Positions 28,614-37,404 of a stretch of DNA of 64,000 nucleotides are shown here, piece by piece. The position numbers were made by a program, and so were the translations under genes. The DNA is from Candidatus Latescibacterota bacterium (GTDB lineage: Bacteria > Latescibacterota > UBA2968 > SICM01), in contig CBDCJO010000002.1 of the NCBI GenBank assembly GCA_965217865.1, positions 2,720,001 to 2,784,000 on the forward strand, read 5' to 3'. Within the stretch, counting starts at the first letter, position 1. Each line of letters opens with the position of its first letter. The notes below the pieces were generated by a model. That model saw nothing but the letters and a program-made list of their open reading frames with translations. It was not told the DNA's origin and searched no databases.

Positions 28614-30879
28614 CTATTTTTCGATCTTCCTCATGCATTGTTCGATACGCCCGCTTACGAATCCAACCCGGACGGAATCCCCATGAGAGAGGTCCAGGTA
28701 GGTCCGGTAGGCCTCCAAGGCTTCCTTAAATTGACCGACTTCGTAAGAGACATTTCCCAGGGCTAAGTGGGCCTGCCCGAGGCCGGGTCGAAGCCCGATC
28801 GCCCGGCGGTATGCCCCGATCGCTTCCTCTGCATGACCTTCTGCTTTCAGCGCGAGACCAAACCCCAGCTGAACATTGGCGTCATCGGGGTACGCCTGAA
28901 CGGCCTTCCTGTAGTGCGCGAGGGCGACCCCCGTGCCTCCCTGAAGAAGATGGGCATACGCCAGGTTGGCGTGGGGCTCGGAGCGTTCTGGAGCAAGCCG
29001 TAGGGCTTCCTGGAAATACACGATCCCGCTGTCGAGCTGCCCCCGTGCCTGATGGAGTTTTCCCAGGTCCAGGTGGGTTTCAGAATCATCAGGGAGGGTG
29101 TGAAGCGCCGCCCGAAACGCCTGTTCCGCTCTGTCGAGTTCTCCCATCCGTCTGTAGATCTTTCCGATATAACCATGAATATAATTTGCATCCGGACAGA
29201 TGGACAAGGCCGTTTGAAAAGGCGTAAGGCCTTCCTGGAAACGGTCCTGCTTCAGGTAGGAGAACCCAAGGCCTTCGTGGGCATACCAGGCGTGCGGCGT
29301 ATAATCCAGGTTCTGCTTGTAAGTCTCCTCCGCCTCGATGTAGCGTTCAAGGTTCTGCAGGGCAAGACCTTTGAAAAACAGGATGTCGGATCTAAAATTT
29401 CCGTATTCCAGAGCGTGTTCGGTTTCCGATAAAACCGATTCCCACTTCCCTTCCGAGTCGGACGCTCCCCAGGAATAGGCGAGAATGAAGTGTCGGTCGA
29501 AGCCCATACGGCGCCGGGTGATTTCTGCCCCACTTGCCGGGAGAATGACCAGGAGGGCCAAAAGGCCCCGCCCGAGCCACGGGGATCGGAGCTGCGCGCT
29601 TCCCCGGTTCGTTCTCCCGGCAGCGATCCCGAAAAGGAGATACGGAAACATGGCCGTTGGAGGTTGATCTTTCGGAAAACCAAAAAACCCCGCTCCAAGG
29701 AGGGAGAGGATGGAAATCGCGAACATCAACCCCGCAATGCGCGATAAGGCATCGGAGTTGAGGACCATGCCACGAAGGCACTTGAACCCCGCGGCCAAGA
29801 ACCAGATATAAACCCCCAGCCCGATCAGGCCGTATTCAGACCCGATCCAGAGAAGGTCATTGTGGGGACGCTTGTGATAGCCTTTGGTGGTAATCGTTTC
29901 TCCGTTGTCATAGAGCGGATGGGTCCGCACCCACCCCCCGGGCCCGACCCCCAAAAAGGGGTGGTCGGCCAACATCCGCTTTTGTCCCGAGTTGGCCGCT
30001 CACACTCTGGGGGGGAAGACTTGAGAGGACGACGAACAGGATCAGGTATCCCATCCCCAGAATTCGTTTCCGTCGGTCGATTACGGACATCAGGGTGTCC
30101 AGCACCTGTTTCCGCAATCCTTTCCAGACGAACAGGAGGACGCCAACACCCAGAAGGGCACCGAACATCCCGACCCAGGAGCCGCGAGCGCGCGTGTAGA
30201 CAAGAAAAGTTCCCATCAAGGCCCACGAGAGGCCGGACAGGTGAAGGGAGGCCCGATTCCGGGAAGCGAGGAAGAGAATCATTGATAATGGGATAGTGCA
30301 GACCAGGTATTCTGCCGCAAAGTTTCGGTTCGCGAAAGTTGCGCTTGGAGGGGCCGCAGAGGGAATATCGAAAAAAGTCAGATCGTTAAACTGAAGAACG
30401 CCGATCGATCCTATGACCATGCCCGTGGCCGTGCAAGTCCATAAAATCGGCCTTGTTTCCTGAAACGATAAGGCATTGGAGACGACGAGAAACAATACGA
30501 TAAGGATACCCTGGTTTGCGAGTTCAACCAGGGTATCCAGGGGATGGGTGGTCTTCCAGGAGGAGAGAATGGCCACCCCAAAAAAACAGATCAATGGAAG
30601 GATAAGGGGCGTATGGATCAGGTGGACTCGCCGGCCCAATCCCGATCGGACAAGCCAGCCCAAACAGGCCAGGGTGAGGCAGAAATATAGGGCGAATACC
30701 TTTGGAGCGAGAGCATATTCATAAATCCAGGGGAGGTAGATCAGGTTGACCGAGGGGATCATCAGGCAGAGTGGGACAACAACCCCGTAACCGGACGGTT
30801 TGTCCCCCGCCTCGTTTTGAATTCTTCTATTCGAAGAAGGGTTCAGTCCGTGGCCTGTTGTTTTATCCTTATTTCGCAA
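28614..30879 (-). pseudogene. Wzy_C-TPR array copy B, split by an internal deletion and frameshift at about 29971-29979
   Basis: N-half ORF 29908-30879 ends ...TKADV; the C-half starts RMLADHPFLGVGPGGW in another frame; the RLxxW segment is missing. Confidence 0.85.
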
Positions 30880-33143
30880 TCCACAACCCGGTCATGAGCG
30901 AATCGTGTGAAAGACGGATCCCCCCTCCAATGATTCAAGAAGGTCCGGTAAGCCTCCAAGGCATCCGAATACCGACCCTGGTCGAAGAAAAGATTTCCCA
31001 GGGAAAACGAGCCTTGAGCGAATCCCGGTTGGATCTCGACCGCTTTCCTGAGTGCGGCTTCCGCCTCGGGCAGGCGTCCTGCGGCCTCAAGAGAGAGCCC
31101 AAGACCCCATTGGATGGCCTGTTTATCCGGGAAAGCCCGGACAGCCTCCAGGTAGTGGGGGAGGGCTTCCTTGAGACGGCCTTGTATCCGGTAGATGTCT
31201 GCCAGGTTGGTGTGGGTGTAAGGAAGCGGGTCGATGCGAAGGGCTTTCTGGTATTCGACGATCGCACTGTCGGGCTGATTCATGGCCACAAAGAGATTGC
31301 CCAGATAGTGGTGCGCCCGGACATCCCTCGGGTCTGCCTTGAGAACAGTCCGAATCTCCTCGAGGGCGCGGGGCAGATCCCCCATCTGATGGTGGACCAT
31401 CGCCAGATTGCTTCGCACATCGAGGGCGTCTGGACAGATGGACAGCGCGACCTGGAAGTGAGAAAGGGCTTCATCGAGCCGGCCCTGCTGTAAATAGACC
31501 GAGCCCAATCCCGAGTGAATGCGCCAGGCATGAGGCGTATACCCCAGGGCGCGCAGGTAAGTCTCCCCCGCTTCCTCAAGTCGCTCCAAGTGCTGCAGGG
31601 CCACACCCTTGAAGGCCAGGATGTGGGGACGGAAAAGACCATTTTCCAAGGCTCGGGGGAACTCTTCCAGGAGGCCGGGCCAGTCCCTCCGGACCTTTCC
31701 CAGATAGAGTGTGTTGAGATAATGCCGGTCGAACCGGACCCGGAACCAGGAGAGTCCGACCCCACTCAACAATACGATAAGCAGAGGCACGAGGATGAAA
31801 AGGCCTTTCTTTCGGAGGTCGATCGGATCCCCCCCAGTAGCCCCCGCAATTATTCCAAAGGCCAAGAAAACAAACATCGTAGCCTGGGGGTGTTCCCTCG
31901 GGAATCCGAAGAAAGAAGTTCCCAGATACGACAGGATGCAGATGGCCAACATAACTCCCAAGATTCGGGAATCGGGTAGGGGATGCCGGGCAAGTTGGAA
32001 CAAGCATCTGAAAACAGCCGTAAGGAGCCACAAATAAACGCAAAGCCCGATCAATCCAAACTCTGCGGCAATCCAAAGAAAGTCGTTGTGAGGCCTTCTG
32101 GGAGTCCCGTACGGTTCGATCGTGGCCCCCCCGTCATACAAAGGATAAACCCGCTTCCAACCCCCAGGCCCCACCCCCAACAACGGATTTTCTGCCACCA
32201 TGGAAAGAGTACTGCGCCACATCGCCAGCCGTTCCCGGTGAGATCGATCGTGGTAAACTTCCAGATCACCCCCAAAGACCGACGCTGCCGTCGTCAGGAT
32301 GTCCGCCTTCGTCTCTGTGAGATAGGGACTCCGCGATCTATGTGATGAGGGATCCGCAGGAAGGACTGACAGGGCCGCGAACAGGATCAAAGCCCCCCCC
32401 GCCAACCATCTCTTACCCCTCAAACCAGCCCTCAAGGCTTCCATCACCGGACGCCAAAGACCCGGCCAGATCGCCACGAAGACTGCCACAAGCAAAAGGG
32501 CGCCGGTCATTCCAACCCACGCACCCCTTGCGCGGGTATAGATCAGGTAAACCCCCATCAAGGTCGTTGAAAGACCGGATATGACGAGGACGATCCGCCG
32601 GTTAGACGTAAAGAAAAGAAACCCTGAAAGCGGAATGGCGCAGACCAGATAATCAGCCGCAAGGTGGCGCTGGGGAGAGCTGCAAGAAGGGATGTCCAGG
32701 AAGGCCAGGCCGTGAAACTGCAAAATCCCGATCACGGCGACGACAAGTCCCGTGACAGAGCTGGTCAAGAGGATGGGGCGAATCTGTTCCGGGGAGAGGG
32801 TATTGGCCACCACGAAGAACAGGACGAATAAGGCGGCCAGGTTTACGACTTCGACCAGAGTATCCAATGGGTGGGTGGTCGACGGAGCGGAGAGCAGGGC
32901 GGCGCAAAGAAAACCGAGCGCTGGTATCAGAAGAGGATTGAAGGAGACGCGGAAGTTGCGGCCCCACCTGGTCTGGATGATCCAGCCCAGGCCGGCCATG
33001 GCGATAGAGAGATGTAGGCTGAAAAACTTTGGGGAAAAAGCTGGTTCGTAAATCCCCCTAGGTAGGACAAGGGGGACGGCACAGACCATAAGACAGAGGG
33101 CACCCACGATAAGACGTGCGCCGATTGAAGAGACGTGGACCAT
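30843..33143 (-). CDS. Wzy_C-TPR protein, array copy A (PSATFGNRN motif damaged)
   Basis: 766 aa; YTRARGAW, RERLAMW, GVGPGGW, PHNDFL, TPRs. Confidence 0.82.
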   Translation of the reverse strand: MVHVSSIGARLIVGALCLMVCAVPLVLPRGIYEPAFSPKFFSLHLSIAMAGLGWIIQTRWGRNFRVSFNPLLIPALGFLCAALLSAPSTTHPLDTLVEVVNLAALFVLFFVVANTLSPEQIRPILLTSSVTGLVVAVIGILQFHGLAFLDIPSCSSPQRHLAADYLVCAIPLSGFLFFTSNRRIVLVISGLSTTLMGVYLIYTRARGAWVGMTGALLLVAVFVAIWPGLWRPVMEALRAGLRGKRWLAGGALILFAALSVLPADPSSHRSRSPYLTETKADILTTAASVFGGDLEVYHDRSHRERLAMWRSTLSMVAENPLLGVGPGGWKRVYPLYDGGATIEPYGTPRRPHNDFLWIAAEFGLIGLCVYLWLLTAVFRCLFQLARHPLPDSRILGVMLAICILSYLGTSFFGFPREHPQATMFVFLAFGIIAGATGGDPIDLRKKGLFILVPLLIVLLSGVGLSWFRVRFDRHYLNTLYLGKVRRDWPGLLEEFPRALENGLFRPHILAFKGVALQHLERLEEAGETYLRALGYTPHAWRIHSGLGSVYLQQGRLDEALSHFQVALSICPDALDVRSNLAMVHHQMGDLPRALEEIRTVLKADPRDVRAHHYLGNLFVAMNQPDSAIVEYQKALRIDPLPYTHTNLADIYRIQGRLKEALPHYLEAVRAFPDKQAIQWGLGLSLEAAGRLPEAEAALRKAVEIQPGFAQGSFSLGNLFFDQGRYSDALEAYRTFLNHWRGDPSFTRFAHDRVVDCEIRIKQQATD

Positions 33144-33200
33144 CGGAAAGGTCTGTTACTCCAAACACCCGTCGTGTGGGGATTGGCATTTGGTTCTAGG

Positions 33201-33461
33201 TCAGGGTGTTCCTATCCCGTTGACCAGTCGCGTTAGACGAGACTTGTAACGGGCTGCGGTGTTGGCGTGGATGACCCCTTTTTGTGCAGTCCTGTCGATC
33301 ACGGGGATTGCGGCCTTCAGGGCTTCTTGAGCGGATCCCGGGTCGGGGGCCGTCCGCACCTTCTTAATCGCGGTCCGCAGAGTAGACCTCAACGCGACAT
33401 TCCGGAGACGAGCTTTCTGCGAAGTCCGGATTCGCTTTCGCGAGGATTTGAGATGGGCCAA
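33201..33461 (-). CDS. rpsT: 30S ribosomal protein S20
   Basis: AHLKSSRKRIR...RN...LRTAIKK...ID...KGVIHANTAARYKSRL; GAGGAGG RBS. Confidence 0.97.
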   Translation of the reverse strand: MAHLKSSRKRIRTSQKARLRNVALRSTLRTAIKKVRTAPDPGSAQEALKAAIPVIDRTAQKGVIHANTAARYKSRLTRLVNGIGTP

Positions 33462-33615
33462 ACAAACCTCCTCAGGAAATTAAACGATAAGATTGTCTCA
33501 ACTCGGCAAGAATTTCCACATTCACACCCTTAAAAGGGACATCCGCGTGACACACATGGTCCAAAATATTTGAAACAAATTAACCATTACCACTATATAT
33601 GACATGGTTTTACTT

Positions 33616-33630
33616 TGGCACAGAGATTGC
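33616..33630 (+). promoter_or_regulatory. sigma54 (-24/-12) promoter, divergent from rpsT
   Basis: TGGCACAGAGATTGC matches the consensus TGGCAC-N5-TTGC. Confidence 0.7.
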
Positions 33631-33867
33631 CTCTGCTTTTTTCCAATCCTCTTAAGGAGCAAAACCTAAATCTATCATACCTGCGAAATTGATCTGGGTT
33701 TGTCGGCTTGTGACAGGCCTGTTTCTAAGGCCTATGGGACACAATTACACCAACATATGAAACATTGAAACTTATGGGCTTTCAACTCCGAAGTCAAGGG
33801 AAAAGACTCCCTTGGCTGCTCTTCGCTGTTTCCTCAACGGTTCAACCTCAAGAAAGAGAGAAAAACC

Positions 33868-34747
33868 ATGAAACCTCGATACCTGGTTAGCCTTCTTGCA
33901 GGAATTTGCCTGGTCTGCGGCGTCGGACGCTCCGCGTGGGCGGCCTCGGCCGTTACGTTGCCCGACGAGTTTCCAAACGGAGCCACGGAAACGCCCGACA
34001 AGAGCATTCACACGCGATTGGAAGCGTATGACTGTTGGGATGCAATTCAACCTGGGGAGTTCGTTTCGTCTCGAGGCCGGACTGGAGAGAGGTTTGTCCG
34101 ATGATTTGCCTGAGCTGACCGGGTTGGTAGGCATTCGGATCGTGGGCCGGGGTGGAAAAAAAGCCAGAAAGCTAGAGATGGAGCGTGAGAAGATCGCCAC
34201 GGAGGAGCTGGGTGGCGTCAAGGAGGGGGAAACCGTGCAGGTGGCCGTGGCGAACTTCGCCGGACTTGAGGATCAACGCGCAGGAAAGAAGGTCGGCGAG
34301 CACATCCGATCCGTCCTCTCCTCTTACAACAAGGTGCGCATCGTGGCCTTACGAGAAGATCCCGTGTTCCTGGATCTGGATGGAGCGCTCGAATTAGCAA
34401 AAGCCAGCGGGGCTGACCTGGTCATCACAGGGAGAATACTCAAATACAACATGGTCCGAATGCCAAGCGCACAGGTCCCCCTCATCGTCGGGTTTCCCAA
34501 GACCGTTTCGGAAGTGGAGGCGGATATTCGAGTCGTCGAACCCAAAAAGGGAGCGATGGTGCTTTCCGGAAGGTTGAACGGGCGGGGGGAGCAGCGACAG
34601 GGTATCCGGTTGCTGCCCACCAGCAGCGACGACCAGATGACCTATCTTGGAGCCCGGGAGAAGGAGCAGCTGAGAGATAAGGCCGTTCGAAATCTGGTGA
34701 CGCATCTGATCGCCGCGATGAGAACAAATTTCAAGTGGATGAGATAA
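33868..34747 (+). pseudogene. Secreted or outer-membrane protein with a CsgG/TolB_N-like C-terminal domain; signal peptide and body are in different frames
   Basis: 33868 ORF has a signal peptide (..AWA-A); the second frame has amphipathic strands then VAVANF...LAKASGADLVITGRI. Confidence 0.5.
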
Positions 34748-34787
34748 TCAGCTGAAAAAACAGGATCTTATAGACCTCTATTTCACT

Positions 34788-35687
34788 ATGAAACTTGCAA
34801 AGGCTTTGGTTATTGCTTATACTCAGCTTAAACGCTGGGCTCGAATCAGACGAATCTATTTCGTAGGAACTTACCTTGTAATAGCCGTGTGCCTTCCCCT
34901 GGCATTATGGATGGGTTGCGGGTCAGGTCCTTTCCAGATCTCAGGTCCCTCGTCCGATGATGAACCGGTCGGTTTTGCCCTCGTCTCGGCCGATGTCCCG
35001 CTCTACATTCGGGGAGTCATTCAAAGGGTCAACGTCGACATAACCACGGCGGACACAAGCCGAATGGCGCCCATCCTCCGTGAGATGAATTTCCCGATTC
35101 CAGGCGGAAGCCTCGCAGCTGGCGAAGTGACCGACATTTCGGTGGGGCTGAGGTTGTTCTCGGTTTCGGCCTTTGATACGCAGGAGGCCCTCCGTTTCCA
35201 AGGTTCTGTCATCGATAGCATAAGGCCCGGGCAGGCAACCACGGTGTCGGTTCCGTTGAATCGCATCGGAGGCACGCTTCGATTTACGGTTTCCCTCAGC
35301 AGGGTCGACATCAGCGACTCTCTGGCGGTGATACTTGAGGGGACATCGGTTCTGGATATCGTCGAATTAGGAGCAAAATCGGATATGCCCAGACTTGCCC
35401 TGGCCTCCACCCCGATCGTCAGTTTTACCCGGGATGGGAGTGTCTTTAGCCGGCAGATTACGATTTCTCAGGTGCCCACAGGACAACGACTATTTGCAGG
35501 CAACCTTCGCGACCTAAGCCTGGGAAGCCGTTTCCTGTCCTTCACAGATACGGTCTCCGCAACCGTGGACACGGAAGGGGTCATCGACGTGAAATTCTCC
35601 ATGCAGCGGGTGGATCGTCTGCTGAGCGACCTCGAATTTGTCTTACCCTCGGACAGCACAATCGTCGTCATCTCTCCTAACTTTTGA
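34788..35687 (+). CDS. Hypothetical lipoprotein (beta-rich; true start probably downstream)
   Basis: Hydrophobic stretch ending WMGC (lipobox-like). Confidence 0.6.
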   Translation: MKLAKALVIAYTQLKRWARIRRIYFVGTYLVIAVCLPLALWMGCGSGPFQISGPSSDDEPVGFALVSADVPLYIRGVIQRVNVDITTADTSRMAPILREMNFPIPGGSLAAGEVTDISVGLRLFSVSAFDTQEALRFQGSVIDSIRPGQATTVSVPLNRIGGTLRFTVSLSRVDISDSLAVILEGTSVLDIVELGAKSDMPRLALASTPIVSFTRDGSVFSRQITISQVPTGQRLFAGNLRDLSLGSRFLSFTDTVSATVDTEGVIDVKFSMQRVDRLLSDLEFVLPSDSTIVVISPNF

Positions 35688-35735
35688 TCTGTATTCCCAA
35701 AACACGAAAGACGGTTAAGATAGGGTGTTACCCAA

Positions 35736-36314
35736 ATGTCCTCTCGATCCCGTAAAAGGTTAATCCGGACCCCGCCCGATTCTCCTCAGATCGTCCTCCC
35801 GTTTCCCGACACGGATCCCCAGCACCCGAAAGGCTCCGGCCAGGCCGTCTGCTTCTACTGCGGCAGATTATTTCAGGCTCCCGTGTGGGTTTCACGTGAA
35901 CGGCTTCAGGTTGTTTTCTGTGGCCAGGCATGCCGAAAGGCGTGGGAGGAGGTCCCCGATGAAGACGTTCTAAGGCTCGGCGGTCGACCTGAACATCGAG
36001 GAGGAGACTGGGAGATTTGGGCAAAGAATGCCCGTGAACGGGATGGGTTTTCCTGTCGGGGTTGCGGAGCAGTAGAGGAGGTCCTTGGAAAGAAACTTCA
36101 CGTTCACCACATCGTTCCCTACCGGCTCTTTCCGCTGGGACGTGAAGCCAATCGCCTTGACAACCTGATCTCATTGTGCCCCGCCTGTCACGCCCGCACG
36201 GAGGCCGAAGGTTTGGATGCGCTCCCCCTTTTCAGTAAGATTCGCCGTCAATCCGGGTTGGAGATACGAATTGAACAGGTTGACCCGAATCCGGAACCAC
36301 CTCCCGGGGATTAG
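35736..36314 (+). CDS. HNH endonuclease with an N-terminal Zn-ribbon
   Basis: CFYC...FCGQAC; RERDGFSCRGCG...HVHHI...NRLDNLISLCPACH. Confidence 0.85.
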   Translation: MSSRSRKRLIRTPPDSPQIVLPFPDTDPQHPKGSGQAVCFYCGRLFQAPVWVSRERLQVVFCGQACRKAWEEVPDEDVLRLGGRPEHRGGDWEIWAKNARERDGFSCRGCGAVEEVLGKKLHVHHIVPYRLFPLGREANRLDNLISLCPACHARTEAEGLDALPLFSKIRRQSGLEIRIEQVDPNPEPPPGD

Positions 36315-36439
36315 GGGCTGTCTCCAAGCAGATCACTTCCACACGTTATGAATATGGCCAGGCTTTTCCCCTCCCTATGGAGGGGTTATTCTTATCCATA
36401 ACACGATATCGACCGACCGGTTGGGGCTGGAAATCTCAC

Positions 36440-36468
36440 TTGATTTCATTCAATAAAATTGATATTAT
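36440..36468 (+). promoter_or_regulatory. Putative sigma70 promoter
   Basis: TTGATT-N17-TATTAT with an extended TG, in an AT-rich intergenic region. Confidence 0.4.
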
Positions 36469-36564
36469 TCGTTTAATTGTGAATTTTTTCCAAACCGTTT
36501 GGGAGCATTCCCCTTCGGCGGATTTTACCGTTACCCCGAAATCGAAAAAGAAGAGCGTCCAACG

Positions 36565-37326
36565 ATGAACAAAGACCTCGGTCCGATCTTGGAAGACTGG
36601 GAATATCACCCGGATGAGGTTTCGGTGCGGAAGATCGTCGGGCTTGACGGGAAAGAGAAGATCCAGCTCCGTTTGGAACTCGGGTTGTATCAGATGGAAA
36701 CCACCGGCAGACCCGACGGCTCCCGGCCTCACGGCAAAAACTCTCTCCTGGATTACTACTTATCGGTTTTGGAAAACCCCCGTCAAAAATACGGATCCAA
36801 TGAACAATTCAAGTTAAGCAGCGAGGACTGCGGTAATCTCCGCATGGAATCCCTGCAATATTACCATCGGCGCATCAGTTTTTTCGAACTGGCAGAATAT
36901 GCGGCTGCGGAGAAGGATGCGGAACATAATCTTCAGATCATGGACCTTCTCAAGCAATATGCCGAAAACGAAGCGGATCGAATGCATTCTGAACAGTTTC
37001 GCGCGTTCGTGCTAATGCATTCCACTAAAGCTCGTGTACACCAGAGCCTGGATCGAAAGGACTACCAATTGGCCATATCCCAAATCGACGAGGGAATCGA
37101 ACATATCGAGATTTTTTTCAAAGAGTACGGCCGGATGGACCTGATCGAGAAAGCCATGGAAATCGCGTTTCTGCGAAATTGGCGGGATGAAATCGTCAAG
37201 GACCGCCCATTGAGCGAACCCGAACGTATCGAACAACAGCTTCAAGAGGCCGTCGAACGGGAGAATTTCGAACGGGCGGCCAAGTTACGGGACCGCTTGC
37301 GAGAGCTTCGCCCAAAGGGACATTGA
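36565..37326 (+). CDS. UvrB/UvrC (UVR) motif-containing conserved protein, paralogue 1
   Basis: QLRLELG...GRPDG.RP.G, LQYYHR, C-terminal LQEAVERENFERAAKLRD. Confidence 0.8.
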   Translation: MNKDLGPILEDWEYHPDEVSVRKIVGLDGKEKIQLRLELGLYQMETTGRPDGSRPHGKNSLLDYYLSVLENPRQKYGSNEQFKLSSEDCGNLRMESLQYYHRRISFFELAEYAAAEKDAEHNLQIMDLLKQYAENEADRMHSEQFRAFVLMHSTKARVHQSLDRKDYQLAISQIDEGIEHIEIFFKEYGRMDLIEKAMEIAFLRNWRDEIVKDRPLSEPERIEQQLQEAVERENFERAAKLRDRLRELRPKGH

Positions 37327-37404
37327 CAAAAACTCGAGTAGCGTCTGATCCGGAGTGCGTTTTTCCGGACTTCTCCATGGATAATCATTGAGTGGAGCTG
37401 TCAA

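Larger units (their letters stand above)
24461..28638 (-). pseudogene. Wzy_C-TPR array copy C, interrupted near its C-terminus by IS1380
   Basis: 707-aa ORF 26515-28638 plus the 24461-24688 tail; removing the IS and one ACTAGT restores ...GQLVKAEKAF... in frame. Confidence 0.9.

Noticed and set aside
18766-33143. Diversity-generating retroelement or CRISPR behind the repeated sequence
   Set aside because: No reverse transcriptase, no TR/VR pair and no repeat-spacer periodicity; the similarity is gene paralogy.
33650-33820. c-di-GMP riboswitch (GCAAA/GAAA-like words)
   Set aside because: The required P1/P2 pairing and tetraloop receptor could not be built; a decayed ORF explains the region better.
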